Of a DNA stretch of 64,000 nt, positions 21,144 through 31,339 are shown piece after piece. The stretch is taken from assembly GCA_963832165.1 (NCBI GenBank), contig CAWHTE010000011.1, positions 192,001 to 256,000 on the forward strand, read 5' to 3'. The stretch's first letter is position 1. Every line of letters starts with the position of its first letter. The translations under genes were made by a program, and so were the position numbers. Origin of the DNA: an uncultured delta proteobacterium. Its GTDB lineage: Bacteria > Myxococcota_A > UBA9160 > SMWR01. The notes below the pieces were generated by a model. It searched no databases, had not been told where the DNA came from, and was given only the letters and a program-made list of their open reading frames with translations.

Positions 21144-23525
21144 TCACAAGTCGATCTCCACGCTTCCGCCGAGCCAGTGCGCGGCGAAATCGCCGTCGAC
21201 GTGGCCGAGGTAGATCGCGTGGCCGATGCGCGGGACCAGGCCGGCCTGGTGGAAGTTCGCGATCGTCGAATGCCAATAGCGATACGCGAAGCGCAGGGCC
21301 ACCCAGTCGGTCACCTGGAAGCGAGCACTCGTGTCCAGGATGTGGTCGGTGTTGCGCAAGGTCGGAAAGCGGGCCCCCGCGTCCGCGGCGGTCGTGCCCG
21401 GAGCCAGCGCAGAAGCGCTCGCGAAACCGTAGGAGAGCCGCTCCTCGGCGACGAGCAGCTGGTATTGCAAGCGCAGCTCGAGGCGCTCGACCGGGCGCGC
21501 GGTGAAGCCCGCACCCGCGGCGACGCTCTCGGCACGGGTGCGCGCGTCCCAGGCGCGGTCGAAGGGAAAGACGGGGCCACCTGGCTCGAACTGGGTTCCG
21601 GTGGAAGACGCCGGGTAGATCGTGTCGAGCGCGCGCTTTCGTCGCTCCAGGCTCCCGAACACGAACGCATCGAATTGCGGAGCGGGTTGTATGGAGAGCT
21701 CCGCATTCGCATCCCAGGCGCGTGAGCGCCGGAGTCCGTAGCGTGCATCGTAGTCGTCGTCCTTCACTCCGCCGTTGAACGCGAGGTCGGCGATCTCCGC
21801 GATCCCGAAGCTGACGCGCGCTTGGCCGTCGTGCCTCACGCGGTCGCTCAAGTCGAACTGCTCGAAGCCCAGCAGGCTTCGCTGTGGCGATCCCAGGAAC
21901 GGCGCCGCAAAGCCCGGCGGACCCGTCGAGTAGAACTCCGCGTCGCGATCGGGCCGGTAGGAAGAGCCGCCGCGATCGCTCAACTCGTACGCAAGGCGCA
22001 CCCTCGTGCGCGGGATGCCGCGCGTCGACACGCTGATGCGGCCGCGATCGTCGCGCGTTTCGGCGCGCGCGCGCTGATCCCGCTCCACCTGCTCGCGCTC
22101 GTATTCGATGGTGAGTCGGGATCGGACGGGCAGACGCCAGGTGGTGTCGGCCCCGAAGATCACGCGATCGGCATCGTACGGCACCGCGGCATAGCGCGGC
22201 TGGATCCCGAAGCTGCCGTCCTCGGCGATGTAGCCGTACCCGCCCGTGGACGGGTTGAACGCGACGTAGTCGGTCTCGCTCTTGCGCTGCTCGAGCCGGA
22301 ACTTCCCGCCCACGTTCCAGAAGCGCAGCGGCACGAGCTTCAACGTCGAGGTGACCACCATCGTGTCGACGGATGCGTCGGCGCGGCTCCGCGAGAGCGA
22401 GGTCGCCGGGTTGGTCCAGGCTGCGAACGTGGGATTGATGGTCGGCGCCAGGAGCCGCTCGTCCTGCCGCCCCTGTGCCATGGAGAACGTGTTCGTCCAG
22501 CGACCGCGCCACGGAAGTGCGAAGCCGCCCGTGGCGTGAATCCGGTGGAGGGCGTTGTCAGGCGTCAGCGCAAAGCGCCCGCGGTCGACGCCCGAGTCCG
22601 AAAATGGATTCTCCCAGGTAAGCGACTCCACGCGGTTCTCGAAGAACGACCCGTCGTAACCGACGTCGATCTGGATGTGCGGATCGCTCACGGCGATCGC
22701 GCCGTGCACGTCGTGGGTGCGTGAGTCGAGTGGCTCGAGCGTCTCGATCACGCTGCCGATGGTCGGTGCCTGGAACGCGAAGCGGATCGCGCCGCCGAAC
22801 GGCCGCTCGCCGCTGCGATCTTCCACGCGGTAGCCCGCGTTGACCGACAGCGCGTCGGACGCCGCAAACGCGAGCTCCACGCCGCCTTTCTCGCGCGTGA
22901 ACGCGACGCGACTCTCCGGCCGCGCTGCGATCGCGGCGTCGATCGCCGCGTCGGAGCTCCCTCCCGCGACGAGACCGGCCGGAAGCGTCAGGCTCTCGCT
23001 GCCGGCGCCGTCGAACAGCACGCGCGCATCGTTCGCGTAGCGGTGGGGCAGCTTGTCGTAGCTGCCGCGCACGCGCAGACGGCCGCGCTGGCCGAAGTCG
23101 AGAAAAGCGGACGCATCGTCGCGCCCGAGCGCATTCGCTCCGAGCTCGACGTAGAAGCCGCTCGGCGCGTTGCGCGCTTCGAGGCGCAGTGCATCGACGA
23201 TCCCATCGCGGTAGTCCGAGTACCGCTCGAGGTAGGCCTCGTCGTCGCCGCCGGACGACTCCATCCAGCCCACCTCGCCGAATCCGCCCACGATCCAGCC
23301 GTCTCCGAGGCCGAGCCGTTCGGGCGGCGCATAGGGGTAGGGGTAGAGGAAGCCCTCGGGCGACCGCTGGCGCGTGTTGCGCAGGAAGGAGAGCCCGGCC
23401 GGATCCACGTGGCGCGACCGGGTGAACGTGAACTCCTCCGCCTGGTTCGGGCCCGCTGTGACCGGCGCCGCCATGCCCAACGCCAGGAGCGCCGAGGCAG
23501 ACCATCGCCGGCCACGCGAGATCAC
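21144..23525 (-). CDS. mtrB: MtrB/PioB-family outer-membrane beta-barrel
   Basis: GTG overlaps the decahaem gene stop; signal peptide; ETLEPLDSRT, YDGSFFEN...LTWENPF, ALTPDN, QGRQDE and DDYDARYGL motifs typical of the family. Confidence 0.88.
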   Translation of the reverse strand: MISRGRRWSASALLALGMAAPVTAGPNQAEEFTFTRSRHVDPAGLSFLRNTRQRSPEGFLYPYPYAPPERLGLGDGWIVGGFGEVGWMESSGGDDEAYLERYSDYRDGIVDALRLEARNAPSGFYVELGANALGRDDASAFLDFGQRGRLRVRGSYDKLPHRYANDARVLFDGAGSESLTLPAGLVAGGSSDAAIDAAIAARPESRVAFTREKGGVELAFAASDALSVNAGYRVEDRSGERPFGGAIRFAFQAPTIGSVIETLEPLDSRTHDVHGAIAVSDPHIQIDVGYDGSFFENRVESLTWENPFSDSGVDRGRFALTPDNALHRIHATGGFALPWRGRWTNTFSMAQGRQDERLLAPTINPTFAAWTNPATSLSRSRADASVDTMVVTSTLKLVPLRFWNVGGKFRLEQRKSETDYVAFNPSTGGYGYIAEDGSFGIQPRYAAVPYDADRVIFGADTTWRLPVRSRLTIEYEREQVERDQRARAETRDDRGRISVSTRGIPRTRVRLAYELSDRGGSSYRPDRDAEFYSTGPPGFAAPFLGSPQRSLLGFEQFDLSDRVRHDGQARVSFGIAEIADLAFNGGVKDDDYDARYGLRRSRAWDANAELSIQPAPQFDAFVFGSLERRKRALDTIYPASSTGTQFEPGGPVFPFDRAWDARTRAESVAAGAGFTARPVERLELRLQYQLLVAEERLSYGFASASALAPGTTAADAGARFPTLRNTDHILDTSARFQVTDWVALRFAYRYWHSTIANFHQAGLVPRIGHAIYLGHVDGDFAAHWLGGSVEIDL

Positions 23526-24487
23526 CGGTGGAACCTCGCTCCCGAAGGATGGTTCGAGCCGTGGATCTGCGCGTGACAGTTGACACAGCCGCGGTTCACG
23601 ACCCGCTCGTCCGGAAGAGGTCCGTTGGCGAGATTCGCGCGCGTCTGGAGCGCGCCCGGATGATTGGACACCCCGAGCTGCGCGTGGCACTCCTGACACA
23701 GGAATGGCGGCGACGTGGTGAGCAGGGAGTCGCGATTCGAGCCGTGGGGCAGATGGCAGTTGAGGCAGCTCTCGGTGACGGGGGCGTGCTCCCATAGGAA
23801 GGGGCCGCGCTTCTCCTGGTGGCAGGTCGTGCACAGCTGATTGACCGAGTCCGCGCGCAGTAGCGGATCCGTGACGGAGCCGTGGGGCTCGTGGCAGTCG
23901 GTACACGAGATCTTCCCCTCCAGCAGCGGCATGTGCGACCGCTTGCGGAACTCGGCGCGCTGGGCTTGATGACAGGCGAAGCAGGTCTGGTTGACGGTCG
24001 GCATCCGCAACAGACCGCGGGCCGACGTGCGCGTCATCGGATTGTGACAGTCGCTGCACGCGAGGCCCTCGGCGTCGTGCGTCGAGCCGAGCCAGTGGAC
24101 CCGTCCTCCGGAGGAGTGGCACTCGAGGCACGTGTCATTCATCACTTCGACGGCGGCTCCCGAGCCGCGCGTGAACGCGAGCAGCTCGCCGGGCTTGCCG
24201 CCGCTCGCGACGTGGCGCGAGCCGGGTCCGTGACAGGTCTCGCAGCCGCGCGAACCGGGCTCTCCCTCCACCGCGCGGCCGAACACGTCCGCGTGCACCG
24301 TGTCGCGAAAATGCTTGGTCTCCTGGGCGTGGCAGCCCAGACAGATCGCCTCGCCGACGTACGTCGCCGGAGGCGCCGCATCGTCCGCGCGCGCGCTCGG
24401 ATCCTCGGGCGAGGCGCATCCCAAGATGAGCCAGCCCAGCACGACGAGCGCCCAATGCGGTCCGAGAAGTCGGTGGCCGTCCCGCAC
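23522..24487 (-). CDS. mtrA: DmsE/MtrA-family decahaem c-type cytochrome
   Basis: Ten CxxCH motifs counted; EKRGPFLWEHAPV and IHGSNHPSG; possible lipobox LILGC. Confidence 0.95.
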   Translation of the reverse strand: MRDGHRLLGPHWALVVLGWLILGCASPEDPSARADDAAPPATYVGEAICLGCHAQETKHFRDTVHADVFGRAVEGEPGSRGCETCHGPGSRHVASGGKPGELLAFTRGSGAAVEVMNDTCLECHSSGGRVHWLGSTHDAEGLACSDCHNPMTRTSARGLLRMPTVNQTCFACHQAQRAEFRKRSHMPLLEGKISCTDCHEPHGSVTDPLLRADSVNQLCTTCHQEKRGPFLWEHAPVTESCLNCHLPHGSNRDSLLTTSPPFLCQECHAQLGVSNHPGALQTRANLANGPLPDERVVNRGCVNCHAQIHGSNHPSGARFHR

Positions 24488-24510
24488 GGGCAGATCATAA
24501 ACCCATGAAG

Positions 24511-26269
24511 TTAGGCGTGCATCCTCACCTCCCCGGAGCGGTAGACCGCGAGCGGCGGGCCATCCGCGCGCAGCCCCAGATCGAAGCGCAGCCCGTCTGG
24601 CGCCACGCCGGTGCAGCGCAGCAGCGCGCGTGCACGCTGCGCAGGTGGTGCCACGCGCACAGCGTGGTCAGGTTGGACGGGTCCCCGCCGCCGCCGAGGA
24701 GCGAAACACCACGTGATGCTGCTGGAGGTTGCGGTACGTCGTGCAGCCCGGCACGGTGCAGCGCCATCCGTCGCGCTCGAACACCGCGTGCTCGCGGCGC
24801 GTGCGCTTCTCGGGCTGCCACGCGGCCAGCGCGTGGTCGAGCATCGCCTCGAGCGCGTCACTGCGCCTGCAGGGGCGACCGCGGATGCGCTCGAGCCGGC
24901 GCTGCACAGAGGCGAGCACCGCGCGGAACAGCTGCGCGACCTCGGGAGCGGCGCGGAAGAAGAGGCGCTCGCTTTCTTTTTCGAAGCGTGTGATGGCACC
25001 CGTTTGGAGACCCGCGGGATCGGCGTCGGGGTCGATCTCCTGCGCGCTCGGCTCGAGCGGCGGCGGCGCGAAGTCTCCGAGCGCCAGAGCCCGCTCCACA
25101 TCGTCGCCGAGCCGGCGCACGGTCACGCGCTGCGCGTGCGCCACCCAGCCTTCGCGGTGGCGCGCCGCCGCGGGCTCCAGCAAGAGGGGCACGAGCGCAT
25201 GGGCCTGCACCCAGGAGAGGCGACCCTCGGTGAACGCCTCGCGCAGCGGAGGGCACACCTGCGCGGCGCGCTCGATGCGCAGCAGCGCCCGCGCGTGGCT
25301 CGCCGCCATACCCAGCCGCTCCTCGGCGTAACTATCGACGCTGCGGAAGCCGAGATCACGGTGCAGGCCCCACGTCACGACGGCGTCCAGCAGAGAGGCA
25401 ATCCGCGCGAGGCCGCGCGCTTCCCATTGCACGGCCAGACGCAACCGTCGATCGAGCTCGAAGGCATCCGCAGATTCGAGGTCGCGCTCGAGCGCGGAGA
25501 CGTCGGCATCGAGCGGAACGGAAGCCATCGACGGACGCCGCCGCTGGGGGCTCGGCGACGGCCCGCCGCTGTCCGTCGATTCTCCACGCTCTTCGTCGCA
25601 CTCGGCCAGCGGCTCCGGATCGCAGACACCGTCGAGCGGGATTCCCGAGAACACCTCCGCCGCGAGCACCTCGGCAAACGCGCCGTGCGAGAGCGCGTGC
25701 CCGGCGACTCGATTCGCTACCCGGCGCGCGCTCCACCAGCGCGCACGCGCACGCGGCGAGACGCGCAGCACGACGCCCACGCGCGCTTCGTCGTCGCTGT
25801 CGGCGTCCAGCGGGATCGGCTCGCGCGCGCGCCGATCCACCGCGCGTACCTCGCGGGCGAGCGCGCGGGCGGAAAGCCGAGCCGCCACGGTGAGCCACTC
25901 CAGCTGGTTCTCCGGCGTCGCTACCCGGCACAAGAGGCGCAGCTGCGTCCAGCTGATCTCGCCCGCGCGAAACGCCGCGTCGAGCGCAGGTAGGTCCTCC
26001 AGTACTCGATCCACCGCCGCGAGATCGCGCAGCTCGCGCCCCGAGATCCCGGCTCGCTCCACCGCGTAGTCGGCGAGCCGCGCGAAGCCGAGCCGCTCCC
26101 AGGCGCGCATGGCCACCATCCGTCCCGCGATCCGCGCGAGCGCACGCCGCAGCGCGAGGGGCGCATGCACGAGTGCGACCAGGCGCGACTCGAGGTCGAG
26201 CGGAGCGTTCACATGCGCCACACGTCGCACGCCAGGCCGCGGCGCGACCATCGGGGATACAGCCGACAT
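24511..26269 (-). CDS. HNH endonuclease with duplicated DUF222-like helical region (two frameshifts near 24700 and 24625)
   Basis: VFERDGWRCTVPGC...HHVVFRS; GGDPSNLTTLCAWHH continues in a second frame and LRCTGVAPDGLRF in a third. Confidence 0.8.
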
Positions 26270-27260
26270 CCCAGACCTCGCTTTCGGGGCGACGCCTCGA
26301 AGCTAGGTCGCGGGTGTGACGGATGCGGTCACACGCGTCGAGCAGATCGCGCTCGCGCACGAACCCACGAGTGACTCGCGGAGGCACCTCGCGCTTGATC
26401 GCAGCGATCGAGGACCGGCGATTGCGCGGCGCATCCTCGAATGCATCGGGCTTCCCGCGCGAGCGCCGCCGCTCGCCCCCGCCGCATCGAGCGATACTTC
26501 ACTTCGGTCATCGGAGACCGACGAGAGCTGGGATTACGAAGACGCCGTTCGCCGAGGATCCGTGATCGGAGCGACGGAGTCGGAGCCACGGCGCGATGAT
26601 CGCCCCGAGAGGGAGACGTGTGCGCCCGAAGCACGCTCGGCTCCCCATCGCGCCCGCCCTCGTGGCTGTCGAGCGACTCACTGAAGGCGGCGCAGCTTGA
26701 AATCACCCGCCACGGGGCATTTGACGTAACGATGCTTCTCGGACCTCCCGAGAATCCAGCTTGTTTGCCCTATGCCCGCATGCGTAGATCGGATCTTTGT
26801 GGCGCTGCGTGATCACCGTCGTGGCCGCGCCTTTGAATAGGCTCTTCAGCACGTGGTTGAATTGCCTCGAGAGCCCTCGCTTTTGCGGGACCCGAGCTCG
26901 AATCCATTGGCCTTCGGCGCGCACCCAGTCCGAGCTCGACCGCGCCACGATCCCCAGACCGCAGTAGCTCCAGGATTGCCGCTTCGTTTGGAACGGATGC
27001 GGCGTCACGACGATCGGAACCAGCCGGGCGCTTCGGATCGGCTCGAAGCCGGGCGGCGGTCTCCAAGAGCGGGACGATCGGGTGCTGGCGAGCCTCTCGG
27101 ATCGCTCTCCGCTCGCTCCTTCTGCTCGATCAGAAAGTCGAGGTGCTCGTAGAGCCGCGTCGCTCTCGATTGGGCGACGGATCCCAGCTGCTTCTGCCAC
27201 TGCTCTCGGTGGCGCGGGCTGTAGACATCCGAGCCCGGAGTGGGAATTCATCGAAACCGT

Positions 27261-27653
27261 ATGCGGGCCGAACAGCAGCCGCTCACGCCCCGCGAGATCG
27301 AGGTTCTTAGGTGGGTGGCGCGCGGCAAGTCGGCCTGGGATGTCAGTGCGATTCTGGGCATCACCAAGCGAACCGTGGAAGAGCACGTGCACAACGCGAT
27401 GGGAAAGCTCGGCGCTTCGAACCGCACCGAGGCAGTGGTGATCGCCATCCGGCGACCGGATCATCAGCGCGGGCGACTCGGAATAGTCCACTCAGGCGGT
27501 GCGCCGCCCCACCCGCTGTGCATGCGAGCAGCGCGGGGGCTTTGTAACGCGCGCGCCCTACCGAGAAATCTTCCGCTGTACGAGCAGGCCCACCAGACCG
27601 AGGCCGAGCAGCGCCGCAGTCGTCGGATCCGGAACCGGGAGGCCTGCAAGTAG
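27261..27653 (+). CDS. Stand-alone LuxR-type HTH protein
   Basis: LTPREIEVLRWVARGKSAWDVSAILGITKRTVEEH...KLGASNRTEAV; no sensor domain seen; 3' end uncertain. Confidence 0.75.
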   Translation: MRAEQQPLTPREIEVLRWVARGKSAWDVSAILGITKRTVEEHVHNAMGKLGASNRTEAVVIAIRRPDHQRGRLGIVHSGGAPPHPLCMRAARGLCNARALPRNLPLYEQAHQTEAEQRRSRRIRNREACK

Positions 27654-28050
27654 GCGTCCGAGTGAGACACGAAGACGTCGCCGCTGACCAGCCCCAGGCC
27701 GAGGATCGCGTTGATGAACTGGATATGGATCGCGTTCACGATCAACTTGCAGCTCGCGACTGCCCCGGCGCAGCTCGCAGCAGGAATGCCATCTGCCAGA
27801 TAGCTCTGCTCGTTGGCGGTGACGGTCATTCCACCGAGGTTGAGGAGAACGGTGTTGGCGGCCGGGGACCGGCGTTCCGTTCACCAACGATCCACTGGTT
27901 GCTGCGGACTCGACACCGCGAGCGCGCCGGTCAGCGAGACGGATTCGCCATAACCCGTGCTGTTCCCGGCGCTCGGCAGTGCGCGCGCAATGCTGGATGA
28001 CCCGACCAGCATCCCGACCATCGAAAAGACGGCTAGCACCTTGCTCATCA
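27558..28050 (-). pseudogene. Fragmented PEP-CTERM protein with choice-of-anchor P-like domain
   Basis: Signal peptide MSKVLAVF...ARA; NTVLLNLGGMTVTANEQ...VNAIHI...GDVFVSHSDA in another frame; VPDPTTAALLGLGLVGLLVQRK in a third. Confidence 0.6.
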
Positions 28051-28104
28051 TCAACCTCCGCTTCACGCAGTTTCACAGTGCTTGTCCACCCGTAGCCGCG
28101 CGAG

Positions 28105-28338
28105 CTAGCGATTGCGTCGCACTGCCGTGCTCGCGATCGCCAAACCCAGTCCGAACACGAGCATCGCGCTGGATTCAGGAATCGGCTGCGGGAACTCGTT
28201 GCGATCTTCGTTAGTCGACGCGACGACGATCGCCGGCGACGTGGCCGGCGCATTGCCGTGGCTCGCGCCACCGCCGCAATCTGCACCCAGACTCGAAAGA
28301 ACCATGAGCAGAATCAACAACAGGCGCATCCGCAACAT
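28105..28338 (-). CDS. Miniature PEP-CTERM-like protein (77 aa)
   Basis: Hydrophobic signal, about 30-aa spacer, IPESSAMLVFGLGLAIASTAVRRNR. Confidence 0.65.
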   Translation of the reverse strand: MLRMRLLLILLMVLSSLGADCGGGASHGNAPATSPAIVVASTNEDRNEFPQPIPESSAMLVFGLGLAIASTAVRRNR

Positions 28339-28416
28339 GATCTGCGGCTCCCGGTCCTCTTCCTCGTAAGAATCCGGCTTGCACTAGCTTATGCTCTATG
28401 GTCAGATCGCCCGCTT

Positions 28417-30927
28417 CTAGACACACGGAAAGGGCAAGCGGCGATGGCGGCCGGCGACTGCGAGCGCTCCGAGGCCCATGACTACCATCGCAGCGGTCCC
28501 CGCCTCCGGAACCGGGATCGTCTCTACCGTCACCGAAAGCCCGTCGAAGTCCTTCTTGTTGATGAAGGCTCTCTCACCGCTATCCGCAAAGGCGAGCAAT
28601 GCGTTGTCGATGTTGACGCCAGCGCTCGTGGCGGTGGCCCCACACGCATCGGGGATCGCGCCGGTCCCGCCCGTGCCGTTCAGACCGCCCGTCGCGGGAT
28701 CGAAAAAGCCGCTTCCGGCGCACGCGTCCGCGAGGATCGAGGTAAATTCGTACTCCTCGTGCAGCCCCCAGACGTCGATGCCATTGAACGATGCGGTGGT
28801 AAACTGCAGCGCCGTGCGTCGCGCATACTCCACCTCGAGATTCCCACCACCGGACGCGGGGATCAGCAGCTCGAGTCGGACGAGCGTCGTGACGCTGGCC
28901 TGGCTATCCGACGGCTCGGAACCGAAGACCAGCCAGTCGCCATTCTCTTCGAGAATCAGGCTGTCCATGGAAAAGTTCTCGTGGGGGCTGATCGTGAAGA
29001 TCAGGTTCCCGTCGAGGAAGTCCGGATTACTGGTGTTCGAATCCGCCTCGAAGCCAATCGGATCGAAGTCGAGCAGATCCCCAGCGCATTCCGGCTGGTT
29101 GTAGAGCGGCGCGTCGGCGCTGCTCTCGGCGATGTTCGTGTAGTCGACTGTGGCGCAGGAGCGGGAGCTGTGCGCGATCGTCGCGGCCCCGGCGCTGGAC
29201 GCAGGAGCCCAGGCAACGGCGAACGATCCGACGGACAGCGCCAACTTCGCGACCATCCCGCCACCGACCGAAAATCCCGGGCTGCGCAGCTTCGTTCGCC
29301 TCACCCAGAGAGCGAGGCCGATCAAGCCGGTCGCAAGGAGCAAGCCCGCCGAGGGCTCGGGCACGAACGTCACCTCGATCTCGAAGGTCTTCTTGTGGAT
29401 GTCGTTGGTGCCGCCGTCGAACGAGAAGACCTCGAGCGAGTTGTCGAACTGGAAGATCTCGATGGCAGTCGCGTGCGTGGTCAGCGCACCAACATTCGCG
29501 ATGAGCTCGCCGTTCCAGATGGCGTCGGGGTCGGGGTCTACCCAGTGTCCGTCCCCGGCAGTCCCAAGCGGAGTGAAGCCCATGCTGACGGACTGAGACG
29601 GAATCGAGAGATTCGTGATGAAATCGAGCGCGGTGACCCGGTAGAAGAGATTGCCGATCACCTGCGCCGAACCGTCCAGCGACAGGTTGTAATCACCCGA
29701 CTCGCGGATGGTGATCGAACCGATCCGCGCATTGGGATTGGTGGATTGCGGGATCACGATGTCCAACAGGAGTCTCGTGTCGACGAGGTCTCCCGAGGCG
29801 CTGGTCGTCTCGGCAAAGAACGACGGATCGACGTCGAAGACCAACGTAGTGCCGGCGAGGAAGATGTTATTGGGATCGCCGCCGTTCACGAGCAGCGGCG
29901 GATCCGGATTCGTCGCTGATTCCTGGATGTTGTTGTACTGGATCAGCGTGTTCTGCTTGTCGCCATAGTTCACTACCAACGCGGATGCAGAGGTCGCGAA
30001 AGCAACGACCAGGCCAAACGCAACGGCGAACGATCCGACGGACACCGCCAACTTAGCGGCTATCCCGCCACGGATCGGAAATCCCATGCTGTACCGTTTC
30101 GCTCGCCGCGCCCAGAGAGCGAGGCCGATCAAGCCGGTCGCAAGGAGCAAGCCCGCCGAGGGCTCGGGCACGCCACTGAAGCCGCCGCTACCAAAATCAG
30201 TGCGGCCGCTGCCGAGGTCACCGCCGCCGGTGCAATCATTGGAGATGGTGTTCGTATCCATCGTCACTGCGCCATTGAGCGCGATGGCCCTTCCGCACAG
30301 AATCCTCACACCGCTAGTCAAAGTAATGCTCTGGTCCGCGAGGATATTGCCTGCGAACGTCGTCAACGTACCGAGAGTTGCGGAACTGCCGACCGCAAAA
30401 TAGACGCCAGTGTTGGCGCCACCATTGATGACGTTCACGCTCGAGCCGCTGGCGGTCGTCAGGGTGCTCCCGATCTGGACAATGAACAACGCATTGGGAT
30501 CACCTTGAGCGTCGAGGGTGAGGATCCCCGTCAGCTGAGCCGATGTGTCAAAGTTATAGACGCCCGCAAACAACGTTAGGCCGCCGAGATCTTGGCCCGT
30601 CAGATCGCTTGTGAACGGCTCGGTTTGCAGCGAAGTGAACGCTGTGCTCGCGTCGAGCTGCGCCTGCTGCGCTACCGCATCAGTTTGGTGCACGGTTCCG
30701 GTCAGCGTGATGCTGCCTAGACCCGTGATCGAGGTGCCGGGGTAGACACCCAGGTCGCCATTGATGGTGGTGGCGCCCGTGTTTGTCACGGTCGAAGCGC
30801 CCAGGACCGCAAAGCTCTCCGCCGTGCCCAGGGGAAAGGGCGTGGCCCATCCAGGGGCGGCATATAGAAGCGCGCCGAATATGAGGATCGCGAGCAGGGA
30901 CGAGAAGGGGAGCCTATGGAGGGGCAT
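28417..30927 (-). CDS. Triple PEP-CTERM polyprotein-like protein; first cargo is a DUF3494 ice-binding domain
   Basis: [13 protein letters not shown]...[18 protein letters not shown]...[12 protein letters not shown] (DUF3494); VPEP-TM-basic at aa about 253 and 522 and VPEAG-TM-basic at about 806; signal-peptide-like segments follow the two internal sorting signals. Confidence 0.9.
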   Translation of the reverse strand: MPLHRLPFSSLLAILIFGALLYAAPGWATPFPLGTAESFAVLGASTVTNTGATTINGDLGVYPGTSITGLGSITLTGTVHQTDAVAQQAQLDASTAFTSLQTEPFTSDLTGQDLGGLTLFAGVYNFDTSAQLTGILTLDAQGDPNALFIVQIGSTLTTASGSSVNVINGGANTGVYFAVGSSATLGTLTTFAGNILADQSITLTSGVRILCGRAIALNGAVTMDTNTISNDCTGGGDLGSGRTDFGSGGFSGVPEPSAGLLLATGLIGLALWARRAKRYSMGFPIRGGIAAKLAVSVGSFAVAFGLVVAFATSASALVVNYGDKQNTLIQYNNIQESATNPDPPLLVNGGDPNNIFLAGTTLVFDVDPSFFAETTSASGDLVDTRLLLDIVIPQSTNPNARIGSITIRESGDYNLSLDGSAQVIGNLFYRVTALDFITNLSIPSQSVSMGFTPLGTAGDGHWVDPDPDAIWNGELIANVGALTTHATAIEIFQFDNSLEVFSFDGGTNDIHKKTFEIEVTFVPEPSAGLLLATGLIGLALWVRRTKLRSPGFSVGGGMVAKLALSVGSFAVAWAPASSAGAATIAHSSRSCATVDYTNIAESSADAPLYNQPECAGDLLDFDPIGFEADSNTSNPDFLDGNLIFTISPHENFSMDSLILEENGDWLVFGSEPSDSQASVTTLVRLELLIPASGGGNLEVEYARRTALQFTTASFNGIDVWGLHEEYEFTSILADACAGSGFFDPATGGLNGTGGTGAIPDACGATATSAGVNIDNALLAFADSGERAFINKKDFDGLSVTVETIPVPEAGTAAMVVMGLGALAVAGRHRRLPFPCV
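29213..30172. repeat. Direct repeat of an about 150-bp linker (29213-29365 and 30020-30172, offset 807)
   Basis: 62 identical bases at 29304-29365 and 30111-30172; near-identical gcaacggcgaacgatccgacggaca...atcccgccac at 29213 and 30020. Confidence 0.92.
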
Positions 30928-31339
30928 TGTCGAACCTCAGGGTGAGCTGCTTGATTTAGAACTAACGTCTTAATCGCTGCAATCGAGTCGACTCATCGTG
31001 GCAGGGTTGAAGATTTCTCGGGTCTCGGAGAATGAGTTAGGCAGTCTGAATGCCCGCCTAGCATCAGATCGAGATCGATCCATCCGGTCGGGGCGTGGCC
31101 CAGAAAGCTGATTGCAGCCAACCCACGGGACTCGCGCCCCGGCCGGTTCCACCGGCACCCGCCGATACAGGCCCTTGGATTCAACCGCGCGCACAGACAC
31201 CATGGCTCGCATGTTGGAGTCAGTGGTGTTGGCGATCGCAGCGGGGGCGGCTGTCGAACTGCGGTCTTCGCACTCGACCCGGTGCTTTGCTCCGGCCTGG
31301 AGGCGAGACGTGCGGGTGCGAGCGAGGCTAACTAGTAAT

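Noticed and set aside
16304..26269. WYL plus HNH as an anti-phage defence system
   Set aside because: They are about 7 kb apart, separated by unrelated metabolic genes, with no recognisable defence effectors.
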